NCBI GenBank assembly: GCA_021774995.1
Contig: JAJFIM010000064.1
Coordinates: 1 to 37,502, forward strand
Reading direction: 5' to 3'
Origin: Alphaproteobacteria bacterium
GTDB lineage: Bacteria; Pseudomonadota; Alphaproteobacteria; SMXP01
DNA: 37,502 bases
In this document: positions 1 to 7,341 of the stretch, piece after piece
Layout: each line of letters begins with the position of its first letter
Position numbering within the stretch: position 1 is the first letter of the stretch
The notes under the pieces: model-generated
Seen by the model: only the letters and a program-made list of their open reading frames with translations
Databases searched by the model: none
What the model was told of the DNA's origin: nothing
Program-made: the position numbers and the translations under genes

Positions 1-598
1 TGTTGTTAAATCGCCATTCGCACTCCTTCAAAAATAGCGGAAAATGCGCGGCAGGAATACCATTAAATTTCCGCATGTGCCGCTTGGCCTGGTTCCAGAA
101 ATTCTCGATTCCATTGATATGATTATGCTTGTTTGCAAACAGTTTGGAGTGATTAATCCGGTAGTGCTTAAACGCGGAAACATCGAGCACATTATAGCCG
201 CGCCAGCAATCTGAATAGACGATGCTGTCGGGCTGAATTTTCTCGCGAATAATCGGCAGCAACGTCTTGCTGGCAGCATCGGGAATGATCTGTGTGTAAA
301 CCTTGCCGCCACGTTTGAGGATTCCAAATACAGGGACTTTACCTGCGGCCCCGCGTCCGCGTTTGCCTTTTCTGGTGCCGCCAAAATAACTTTCATCAAC
401 TTCAAACTCACCGGAAAGCAGTGCCTCATTTTTGCATTCAAGGGCGATTATTTCTCTCAGACGGTGAAAATAATACGCCGCCGTTGTCTTGTTTACATTG
501 ACCAGATTCGCCGCCGTACGAGCCGTTGATCCCGACACAAAATGTTCGATTAATCGGTCTTGTTTGTATGTGCTTAAACGGCTTTTGCGCATGTCCAT
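1..598 (-). CDS. IS1595-family (IS1016-like) DDE transposase, C-terminus truncated by the window edge
   Basis: My own translation of the minus frame starting at ATG 598-596 gives MDMRKSRLSTYKQDRLIEHFVSGSTARTAANLVNVNKTTAAYYFHRLREIIALECKNEALLSGEFEVDESYFGGTRKGKRGRGAAGKVPVFGILKRGGKVYTQIIPDAASKTLLPIIREKIQPDSIVYSDCWRGYNVLDVSAFKHYRINHSKLFANKHNHINGIENFWNQAKRHMRKFNGIPAAHFPLFLKECEWRFNN. The frame stays open to position 1. It closely matches the IS1016/IS1595 transposase pattern as I remember it. It is absent from the ORF track because it has no in-window stop. Confidence 0.85.
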   Translation of the reverse strand, partial: MDMRKSRLSTYKQDRLIEHFVSGSTARTAANLVNVNKTTAAYYFHRLREIIALECKNEALLSGEFEVDESYFGGTRKGKRGRGAAGKVPVFGILKRGGKVYTQIIPDAASKTLLPIIREKIQPDSIVYSDCWRGYNVLDVSAFKHYRINHSKLFANKHNHINGIENFWNQAKRHMRKFNGIPAAHFPLFLKECEWRFNN

Positions 599-633
599 AG
601 TGATAACCTCTCTCGGTTATCTAGGACAGCCCC
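1..633 (-). mobile_element. Partial IS1595-family insertion sequence (IS1016-like group); one terminus is inside the window and the rest lies beyond position 1
   Basis: Carries the transposase ORF below. The terminal sequence GGGGCTGTCCTAGATAACCGAGAGAGG (reverse complement of 607-633) ends exactly where the flanking + frame becomes DUF2924-like (634). The second inverted repeat is outside the window, so the end is inferred. Confidence 0.7.
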
Positions 634-779
634 AAGTAAAATATTTGAGGGGTGTTTATGAGTATGGCGGAAACAGCTATAACAGCCTCACCGAAGTGGC
701 CCAGCATATCACAGGAACGCAATGTTCCGGTCCCAGCTTTTTCAGCCGTAAGGTCAAAATGTATTTTTCTGAAAAGTAA
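634..779 (+). pseudogene. C-terminal remnant of a DUF2924-family gene truncated by the IS insertion
   Basis: VKYLRGVYEYGGNSYNSLTEVAQHITGTQCSGPSFFSRKVKMYFSEK aligns with the C-terminus of the intact paralog at 2862-3440 (VQCMETCYIYKDRYFDSLTEVAQFITGTQCSGPSFFKRKTEIVMDY). The similarity starts immediately after the IS terminus. Confidence 0.6.
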
Positions 780-780
780 T

Positions 781-1371
781 CTAACTCAAGATCATGGTTC
801 TAAATGTTAGTGAAAGTCTACGTTCACGCGGGATTTTAATACCGCTGACCATATCTGATTTTCTGGCCGGAATGGCATGTGTCCAATCATAACGGGAAGA
901 ACCGGAAATAACGGCAAGGCTGCGTGGTTCCAGATAATATTCCCGCCTTTCTTTCCCTTTATCAAATTGCATCATAACGCTGGAGGCAAGACTGATAATA
1001 GCAATGGTATCGCCAAAACACGGTACGCAATCAACATGGGCAGAAATGCCTTGCCCGGGCATATATTCATTGACGATAAGCTGTTCCGGCTTTTTAGAAA
1101 AAATATTATCTCGTGCTAAACGATCAGATAAAGCATTTACCCATTCCGGCAATGGCCCCAGATAAGAATCCGGTGTTAGCGCCCGCGCCGTGTAATCATA
1201 TCTGTATCCGTAATGCTGCACTCGTCGTTTAAGGTCGTGAATCCAAGGCTCTTCATCTATAGAAGTAAGAAGCTCTTGCTCTTCTTCCGCGTCAATAAAA
1301 TCGGGCACATAACTCAGCCCCGGAATATCGGGAAGAGCTTCTTCCTCCGGTAACAAATCCAATTGCATCAT
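781..1371 (-). CDS. AlkB-like 2OG/Fe(II)-dependent dioxygenase
   Basis: HxD motif (ISAHVDCVP), distal His (DWTHAIP) and the C-terminal RLSLTFR motif typical of AlkB. The start at MMQLDLL overlaps the upstream stop (ATGA, 1368-1371); the longer 219-aa track ORF extends into the upstream gene. Confidence 0.8.
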   Translation of the reverse strand: MMQLDLLPEEEALPDIPGLSYVPDFIDAEEEQELLTSIDEEPWIHDLKRRVQHYGYRYDYTARALTPDSYLGPLPEWVNALSDRLARDNIFSKKPEQLIVNEYMPGQGISAHVDCVPCFGDTIAIISLASSVMMQFDKGKERREYYLEPRSLAVISGSSRYDWTHAIPARKSDMVSGIKIPRERRLSLTFRTMILS

Positions 1372-1820
1372 AAATGGATAATCTCCAAAGGCTGATCCCA
1401 TTCGCTTTGTAAATGTTCTGCCAGCAAACGGCGGTGGCAATTCTCCTGCGTTTTACAGGCGCACAAAAAACAGGCACCATTCACTTCCTCCGGTGATAAA
1501 ATATTGGCAATATTGCGGTGGTTAATGAGCTGGATATATTGAATTTCATATTCACCCCAGCTTATTTTATTGTCTTTATAAGCTTTAAGAATCTCCGTAG
1601 AGGGTGCCAACTCACTGCGGTATTCGTAATCCGCCCCGACCAATTCTTTCACGAAATACGGTAAATCCTTTTTCTTCGCAAACCCTGAAAGTTGTGACCC
1701 CGCCCAAAGACGTGTGTCGATAATTTTTCTTACACCAGCCTGTTTTAAGCGTTCAAAAAAATGCTCCGCACTGGAGCCTGTAAAACCGATGGTGAATATT
1801 TTAATAGCTTGATTAGTCAT
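1368..1820 (-). CDS. DUF488 domain protein
   Basis: The N-terminus IKIFTIGFTGSSAEHFFERLKQAGVRKIIDTR and the C-terminus FLCACKTQENCHRRLLAEHL fit the DUF488 pattern (TIGHS...LxDVR...C.E....CHR). The start at MTNQ (1820) overlaps the upstream gene by 8 nt. Confidence 0.75.
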   Translation of the reverse strand: MTNQAIKIFTIGFTGSSAEHFFERLKQAGVRKIIDTRLWAGSQLSGFAKKKDLPYFVKELVGADYEYRSELAPSTEILKAYKDNKISWGEYEIQYIQLINHRNIANILSPEEVNGACFLCACKTQENCHRRLLAEHLQSEWDQPLEIIHL

Positions 1821-2517
1821 TATAGAAAAATACGCCATTGCACATTAAATAACAATTACTGTCTTTATAAACATAAGGTTTTGCCAAGCCAACGCGAACA
1901 TGTGCTTTTTTACCACTATCTTGCATCTCTTCATTAAAGCTATCAAAATCCTTAGAAGACATGGGGTCAAGAACATCCCGTAGATATTTACATGTCACGC
2001 GCAAATCATACTCAGAGGAATCGTGATCAAGGAGATTAACACGCAGTTTTCCATCTTTTTTGAAAAACTCAACATTCTGCGCCGGAAGAATAACACCTCC
2101 CAGTGAGGGGCATTTTGTTTTGAACGGTACGTATGACTTTTGCTTGAGTTTACCATCAAATGCATCCATTACCGTTTTGGATGTAGCTCGCCTAAGATCT
2201 TTAACCAAAATACTAGGATCATCATAATGGCGAGTAACTGTAAAATCATCACCAATTATTGTGTCTTCCGTTTTGTGCGGATAATTTCGCCCGCCTTCTT
2301 TAGAAAGCACATTTACATTTAATGATGCATATTTACCAATTTTTTTGAGATCTTTATTGCTCCAATGATGACCGTTAATCATAAGACGCTTCATTTGAGA
2401 TGTGGATGGACACCACCCGGCGACACAAAATGTATCTTTCATATAAGTGATATCGGATGTGATGACATTGATTTGATAAGGATCATCCGACGATCCCCTT
2501 CCTTTAAAACCGGACAT
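1813..2517 (-). CDS. Hypothetical protein (234 aa), first gene of the three-gene cassette with DUF488 and AlkB
   Basis: Long ORF with an AAGGAG ribosome-binding site 8 nt upstream of ATG 2517. It is overlapped with the DUF488 gene. I recognise no catalytic motif. Confidence 0.6.
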   Translation of the reverse strand: MSGFKGRGSSDDPYQINVITSDITYMKDTFCVAGWCPSTSQMKRLMINGHHWSNKDLKKIGKYASLNVNVLSKEGGRNYPHKTEDTIIGDDFTVTRHYDDPSILVKDLRRATSKTVMDAFDGKLKQKSYVPFKTKCPSLGGVILPAQNVEFFKKDGKLRVNLLDHDSSEYDLRVTCKYLRDVLDPMSSKDFDSFNEEMQDSGKKAHVRVGLAKPYVYKDSNCYLMCNGVFFYND

Positions 2518-2542
2518 GGTTAAAACTCCTTGCTTTGCGCAT

Positions 2543-2567
2543 AAAAAAAGCAGCCCTACAGGCCGCT
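2543..2567 (-). terminator. Intrinsic-terminator-like hairpin plus U7 (minus-strand sense), only about 26 nt upstream of the cassette start codon
   Basis: On the minus strand: AGCGGCC-tgtag-GGCTGCT followed by TTTTTTT. One pair is G.U only in the minus-sense RNA (A.C in plus sense), which supports minus-strand function. Confidence 0.4.
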
Positions 2568-2585
2568 TGGTTAAATTTCAGACAT

Positions 2586-2614
2586 AAAAAAACACCGCAG
2601 ACGTATCTGTGGTG
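2586..2614 (-). terminator. Second hairpin plus U7 (minus-strand sense) in the same leader/intergenic region
   Basis: CACCACAGA-tacg-TCTGCGGTG followed by TTTTTTT on the minus strand. The central pair is C.A in minus sense (G.U in plus sense), so the stem is 4+4 bp in minus sense. Confidence 0.35.
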
Positions 2615-2804
2615 CTTAATGTTGAATATATTCCTATATTGTGCTCAAAAAGTCAAGGAAAATGTCTTTTTATCTTTTCGATTATTCGGGGTGTGGTCTT
2701 TTTAATCAAACCAACCATTCTTAGACTTCTATCATATTGTTATAGAATAGTTAAGCATAGGATGTTTATTTGGCGTTATTCATTTTAAACAATGAGGGAA
2801 ACGG

Positions 2805-2843
2805 AAAAATAAAGGCCGCTCCAGCATCGCCAAAGCAGCCTTT
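2805..2843 (-). terminator. Probable rho-independent terminator of the DUF2924 gene
   Basis: Arms AAAGGCTGCT and AGCGGCCTTT form a 10-bp stem that includes one G.U pair in minus sense. The stem is followed by ATTTTT and starts about 19 nt downstream of the stop at 2862. Confidence 0.5.
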
Positions 2844-2861
2844 TATTAACTCAAATTTTAC

Positions 2862-3440
2862 TCAGTAATCCATAACAATCTCTGTTTTACGCTTAAAAAA
2901 TGATGGCCCTGAGCATTGTGTTCCGGTTATGAATTGAGCCACTTCTGTCAGGCTGTCAAAATATCGATCTTTATAAATGTAGCAAGTTTCCATACACTGC
3001 ACCCTATGGTTTTTTCGTTTGTAGTTACGGATAAGCCATATGCCGCGTGGCAGCTCTATTTTGTCACCTTGCCGCGCGGTTTGAAGAAGTCTATGGGCAT
3101 ACTCATGCGGCAGTTCGTTTTTGAGTTCTTTCCAAACTTTTTCAGGTGCATTTTGGTCAACATAAATACGTTTCGTTAAAGTCAGGATCAAATCTTCCCG
3201 TGTCATGATATCAGGGCACATTTCATAAAATCGTCTTTTGTATTCACTCTTGAGATCAGTTGTAGAGCTGAATTGTAATCGGGCAAATTGTCTGATCATA
3301 AAGACGTCAACTTCCTCGTTTGGCATCTTTTGATCATCCATCACGATAAGAGCCATGAGGCTCCCCCAAGCTTTGGGAACAGAGACTTGGACAGTATCTG
3401 GCATTTTGTTTTCGTGCGCGCATTTTGTAAGTGTGGTCAT
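2862..3440 (-). CDS. DUF2924-family protein (family usually partnered with large serine recombinases)
   Basis: The C-terminal LPRGIWLIRNYKRKNHRVQCMETCYIYKDRYFDSLTEVAQFITGTQCSGPSFFKRK matches the DUF2924 hallmark (L.pGt.L.R.w.G....V.v...Gf.y.g..y.SLSa.A..ITGt.wnGp.FF). I prefer the start at MTTLTKC (3440) over the 3509 track start. Confidence 0.65.
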   Translation of the reverse strand: MTTLTKCAHENKMPDTVQVSVPKAWGSLMALIVMDDQKMPNEEVDVFMIRQFARLQFSSTTDLKSEYKRRFYEMCPDIMTREDLILTLTKRIYVDQNAPEKVWKELKNELPHEYAHRLLQTARQGDKIELPRGIWLIRNYKRKNHRVQCMETCYIYKDRYFDSLTEVAQFITGTQCSGPSFFKRKTEIVMDY

Positions 3441-3985
3441 ACTTAATTCCTTTCTGAGTGCATTGTTTTTCTGGCAAAAAACCAGAGATAAATTTGAGCG
3501 GTATGCCACTTTCCGTACATAAACGCGTTCAGCATTTTTATCCAGTTAAGTAACTGATACTGCTTAATTTCCTTCAATTTCGGGATTGTTTTTGCAATCA
3601 ACACCAACAGAAGAAAACTTGCCCTTGATTTGCTGGTACAAGATCGGATGATGAAATGACGAAGGGGAATGAAAAAAAATCAATGAACCATGTTGCGAAC
3701 TTTTCTAAGCACTAAAAAACCTGCCTTGGGGGCTGGCTACAGATTGAAATGTTCACTTAATTCTTTTGATTATAATTTGGGGGTGTAGTGAGGTGCAGCT
3801 TTCTAACTTATCAAATATATCCCAACATATTGATTTAGAATAGAGAAAAATCATGGTCTAAAAATATAGGGGTTTTTGTTAGTACGCCAGTTCGAGTCCC
3901 AATCTGCTGTGATAGTTACTTCGAAACGGAAGATTGAATATTTGTAGAAACGCTCCAGAAAAAAGTTTATTATTCTCCAAATTAG

Positions 3986-4061
3986 CAAACTATAAGTTTG
4001 TTAATTAAGATTAAAACAAACCAAAAGCTTGACTTTGTTTATTTTAGACGCTATAAACAAA
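3986..4061 (+). promoter_or_regulatory. Two inverted-repeat elements upstream of and abutting the abiEi start; candidate autoregulatory operator
   Basis: CAAAC-TATAA-GTTTG palindrome at 3986-4000. TTTGTTTAT (4034-4042) and ATAAACAAA (4053-4061) are separated by 10 nt and end 2 nt before ATG 4064. Both share the AAACAAA/TTTGTTT core. Confidence 0.3.
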
Positions 4062-4063
4062 CT

Positions 4064-4846
4064 ATGAGTTTAGATAATGGGCTAAAAATAAACAAACTAT
4101 TGAAAGACTGGCCCATGGGGACAGTTTACCTGTCGTCATGGCTCGCCAACAATGGCATATCAAGCCAACTTTTAAACCGTTACAAAAAAAGCAGATGGCT
4201 GGAATCTATAGGAACTGGAGCAGTCATACGCTCCGGTGACGATGTTGATTATCATGGAGGGATCTATGCTCTGCAAACTCAAGCCAAATTATCAGTACAT
4301 GTTGGCGGTCGTACCGCCCTAGCTCTACATGGAAGAGCGCATTACATAGATATGGCGGCGGGGCGCGCTGTTCTGTTCGGTGCAAAAAAGGAAAGTCTTC
4401 CCACCTGGTTTAAACAAAAAAATTGGGATGCCAGCGTAGAATATTATACGACATCATTTTTGCCTGCTGATACGGGGCTTGTTGATTTAGAAAGAAAAAA
4501 CTTCTCTGTCAAAGTTTCTTCTCCTGCGCGCGCAATATTGGAATGTTTGTACCTCGCACCCAAGCATCAGGAATTGTTTGAATGTTATGAGCTCATGGAA
4601 GGGTTAAATAATTTAAGACCAAAATCCGTACAAGAGTTGCTGGAAAATTGCTCTTCGATAAAAGTAAAAAGACTATTCCTGTACATGGCCGAAAAACTGA
4701 AACATCCATGGCTAGATTTTGCTGATTTGTCTAAGGTAGATTTAGGATCAGGAAAACGTAGCCTCGTCAAAAACGGCGTGTATATAGATAAATACAAAAT
4801 CACAGTACCGAAAGAATTTGAGAAGAATGAAAAACCCGGATTATAA
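4064..4846 (+). CDS. abiEi: AbiEi-family (AbiEi_3-like) type IV toxin-antitoxin antitoxin / transcriptional regulator
   Basis: The N-terminus KINKLLKDWPMGTVYLSSWLANNGISSQLLNRYKKSRWLESIGTGAVIRSGDDVDYHGGIYALQ matches the AbiEi_3 N-terminal winged-helix pattern I know. I prefer the start at MSLDNG (4064) over the TTG at 3998. Confidence 0.75.
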   Translation: MSLDNGLKINKLLKDWPMGTVYLSSWLANNGISSQLLNRYKKSRWLESIGTGAVIRSGDDVDYHGGIYALQTQAKLSVHVGGRTALALHGRAHYIDMAAGRAVLFGAKKESLPTWFKQKNWDASVEYYTTSFLPADTGLVDLERKNFSVKVSSPARAILECLYLAPKHQELFECYELMEGLNNLRPKSVQELLENCSSIKVKRLFLYMAEKLKHPWLDFADLSKVDLGSGKRSLVKNGVYIDKYKITVPKEFEKNEKPGL

Positions 4847-4874
4847 AGAACAGGTTCGCCTTCTACTGGATGTT
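4827..4874 (+). pseudogene. N-terminal stub (about 16 codons) of an AbiEii-type nucleotidyltransferase toxin gene
   Basis: MKNPDYKEQVRLLLDVL starts 20 nt inside the abiEi 3' end, the usual abiEi/abiEii overlap. It resembles AbiEii N-termini (..Y..QV.LLL.VLP...FALKGGTA). The similarity is lost at about 4872, exactly where the convergent hipA stop (4875) lies. Confidence 0.4.
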
Positions 4875-6098
4875 TTAATACCCCTCCTTCAAAGGAACAT
4901 CTCTCATGTGTTGGTCTATTATGGATTGGATAGGTTCAGGCAAAGCATAGTGCGCTTTGTTTTCTGCCCAAATTGCGCGCGTTTTAACAGCTGTTTCACG
5001 CGCTGTGTCGATAACAAGCTTTTTCGGTAGCCCCGCCTTTTCCGCCAGCTTTTCAAAAAGTGGCAAGTCGCAATGCATCATATCTTTTGTTTTAAGCAGT
5101 TTCAGGGCCAGCGTATCGCCGGGAATATAAGGCACCGTTGAAACCATATCATAAACCGGTGCGAGCTCCGGAGTGCGGCCATCGCGGTATATAAATGACC
5201 AGTTCTTCAAATGCATGTCACCGTTTCCGGTTAGAACCGTATAAGCTAGGCGAGCGATATAATCGCGCAGGCCTTCTTCTCCAGTCAAAGTCCAGACCAT
5301 TTTTGCGATATTTTGGAAGCTCACGCCTTCATATTTATTATCAGGGAAAATGCTATAGACTTGTGCAAAATCCTCGATATGGATGCGCGCGCCATTTTCT
5401 GCGCGATCAAAGCGCTTTACGGCTAGAGCCTGAGCACCGCGCAGTTTGCCAAAATCAGGAAGGTTCTCAATATCGGATAGAGCCACTAGTTTGATCTCCG
5501 GCACATTCATGCCAATAAGCCCCGCCATATGCATCATGGCATATTCATTTTCCGGGACATTGTCGTGTGTAGGAGATGGCAATTTGACAATCCAGTCTCC
5601 GCCCATACCGCTGGCCGGAATAGTTAGCCCTCCATGCCTTCCCATCAGCGCCGAGAATTTTAGCTGCACACCCGCCAGAGAAAAGCGCAAAGCTTGCTGT
5701 GTCTCTTGCTTTTCATCCTGATATTCTGAGCGCGGATTTTTGACAGGCAGAGAGGATCCTTGCGCAGGTTTGGCAATTACGCCGCCCGGTAAATCTTCGC
5801 CCAAAAGATAAAGCAGGGCAAATTCACTGCCTGGCTTAATGCCGCCACGCTCTGCAAGATAATCCCGCAAATGACCTTCAGGAAGCATATTGGAAAAAAA
5901 CGGCGGAGCTTTAACGCTGTAAGCTTTCGTATCTGTAAGGAGGCTACCGTCAGCTGAAAAATAAGACTGGCTTAAAACTGGGCGGTTCGGATCATTGATA
6001 TAGGCTTCGTCGAAAGTGAACAAAATCCGCCCATCGGGCAGCTGCGTTAAAAGCCCAGCGCGCTGTTCATTCAGGAAAATATCAAGCGAAGCTGTCAT
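4875..6098 (-). CDS. hipA: HipA-family serine/threonine kinase toxin (type II TA)
   Basis: Has the N-terminal HipA coupling domain (LDIFLNEQRAGLLTQLPDGRILFTFDEAY). Also has SLAGVQLKFS, DWIVKLPS, the catalytic loop GNGDMHLKNWSF, and IEDFAQV. Confidence 0.9.
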   Translation of the reverse strand: MTASLDIFLNEQRAGLLTQLPDGRILFTFDEAYINDPNRPVLSQSYFSADGSLLTDTKAYSVKAPPFFSNMLPEGHLRDYLAERGGIKPGSEFALLYLLGEDLPGGVIAKPAQGSSLPVKNPRSEYQDEKQETQQALRFSLAGVQLKFSALMGRHGGLTIPASGMGGDWIVKLPSPTHDNVPENEYAMMHMAGLIGMNVPEIKLVALSDIENLPDFGKLRGAQALAVKRFDRAENGARIHIEDFAQVYSIFPDNKYEGVSFQNIAKMVWTLTGEEGLRDYIARLAYTVLTGNGDMHLKNWSFIYRDGRTPELAPVYDMVSTVPYIPGDTLALKLLKTKDMMHCDLPLFEKLAEKAGLPKKLVIDTARETAVKTRAIWAENKAHYALPEPIQSIIDQHMRDVPLKEGY

Positions 6099-6388
6099 GA
6101 CAATTCCTCTGTATCACTGTCGGGTTGCCAAGTTGGCCTTGATATTTCGTCTCCGTCTCCCGATAGAATAGACCGGACAGCAGGCGTTAAACTGCGAGGA
6201 ACAAGCATTGGCTCCAGATCCAAAAGCCGTGCCATTTCCAAAAAACTGGAAAGGCGTATATCAATTTTCCCGGCCTCAATCTGCGAAATATGGCTCTGTG
6301 GCAGACCCATCCTAGCGCCTAGAGCACCTTGCGTGAGGCCTTTGGTTTTGCGCGCTGCGTAGAGTTTTTTTATAATATCTTCCATCAT
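6095..6388 (-). CDS. hipB: HipB-like XRE-family HTH antitoxin
   Basis: The XRE helix-turn-helix LTQGALGARMGLPQSHISQIEAGK is present. There is a 4-nt overlap with hipA (6095-6098). The start is at the tandem ATGs at 6388/6385. Confidence 0.75.
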   Translation of the reverse strand: MMEDIIKKLYAARKTKGLTQGALGARMGLPQSHISQIEAGKIDIRLSSFLEMARLLDLEPMLVPRSLTPAVRSILSGDGDEISRPTWQPDSDTEELS

Positions 6389-6444
6389 TTTTATATGATA
6401 CCACATATATCTAAGAAATAAAATATGTTATAGCATATAAAAAT

Positions 6445-6993
6445 TCACTCTTCACCCAGCCATTCTTTGACAGCTTTCTCTGCTTCTTCCAGCATTTTAT
6501 CGATGGATTTATGTCTTGTGCCGCCTTCAAAGACAACACCGCCTTCATCAATAACGCGGATCATGGATGTGCTGTAACCATCCCGGCCAATCTCGATAGT
6601 CCCATCGTGAATCCAGTTCGCAAGATTGGGATAGGCTTTTGCAAATAAATCCGGCTCTTGTTTCTTGCGCTTTTCGCCGCCTTTTTTTATGGCAGGCGTA
6701 TCAATCAAAAGTAAACCAGTCGCCACAGCATGCTTGCAAAACCCCCAGCTATTCATAGCCGGGCAAGTGCAATCAGCTTCTATCGCTCCTTCATTCGATA
6801 CGGAAAAATCAACTCTGTAAGGGTGCGTCCCCCTGACTTCTGCGGCGGCTTCATAGGGCTCATGGAACAGCAAATCCACAAGGCTTTGCCCGTAATAATT
6901 TGCACCGCGCTCATAAATTTTATCTCCTGCCATATCACGAAGCCTGTCTTTGGATAGCATAGAGCGCAGAGTTTTCTTAGTTGATTTCGTCAT
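6445..6993 (-). CDS. SWIM zinc-finger domain protein
   Basis: The CxC...CxH signature is CTCPAMNSWGFCKHAVA. There is an ATGA overlap with the upstream ORF (6990-6993). Confidence 0.7.
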   Translation of the reverse strand: MTKSTKKTLRSMLSKDRLRDMAGDKIYERGANYYGQSLVDLLFHEPYEAAAEVRGTHPYRVDFSVSNEGAIEADCTCPAMNSWGFCKHAVATGLLLIDTPAIKKGGEKRKKQEPDLFAKAYPNLANWIHDGTIEIGRDGYSTSMIRVIDEGGVVFEGGTRHKSIDKMLEEAEKAVKEWLGEE

Positions 6994-7316
6994 TTCACTA
7001 TCTTTTGCGCTTTAAATTCTGACTCATCAGCATCCCAAAACTCAATGGATCCGCTCAAGGCATCAGTACTGCCCTCATCAAGCTCAACCCAGCCTTCGCC
7101 GCGAACTTCATCCCCCTCGCTGTCGCCCTCCCATTTAAAATGGACAATATTTTCCCCATGACCACAGCTCATAAAGCCGTTCACAACGCCAAACATAAAC
7201 TCACCGTGCCCGGCATCATCAAATGAAATAAAACCAGGCTCCACCAGATCAATATAATCTGAGTCCCATAATTCCATTTCTGTGATTTTCCATTTTCCTA
7301 TGAAGTTTTTATTCAT
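6990..7316 (-). CDS. Small acidic hypothetical protein (108 aa)
   Basis: ORF translationally coupled to the SWIM gene. It has beta-rich repetitive W/G/E/D content and no recognised motif. Confidence 0.5.
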   Translation of the reverse strand: MNKNFIGKWKITEMELWDSDYIDLVEPGFISFDDAGHGEFMFGVVNGFMSCGHGENIVHFKWEGDSEGDEVRGEGWVELDEGSTDALSGSIEFWDADESEFKAQKIVK

Positions 7317-7341
7317 TCAATCTAATCCTTAGCCCAGTATA

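Noticed and set aside
28-441. 137-aa minus-strand ORF from the ORF track
   Set aside because: It is an out-of-frame shadow of the IS1595-family transposase. The authentic frame (598 down to 1) gives a textbook transposase sequence but has no in-window stop, so it was not listed.
489-779. 96-aa + strand ORF taken as a single gene
   Set aside because: It is a chimera. Its first about 48 codons are antisense to the transposase 5' end and the IS terminus. Only 634-779 resembles a real (DUF2924) coding sequence.
3881-3910. TTCGAGTCCC T-loop-like string that could be a tRNA 3' remnant or att core
   Set aside because: The flanking bases do not form a T-stem (GCCAG against CCCAA). The implied acceptor stem would start with C. 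No cloverleaf can be drawn and I found no matching direct repeat elsewhere in the window.
4818-5030. 70-aa + strand ORF downstream of abiEi
   Set aside because: Only the first about 16 codons (from ATG 4827) look like an AbiEii N-terminus. The remainder is antisense to the hipA 3' end and has no protein-like features.
5195-5721. Two + strand ORFs (99 and 91 aa)
   Set aside because: They are antisense to hipA, whose frame has the full kinase motif set.
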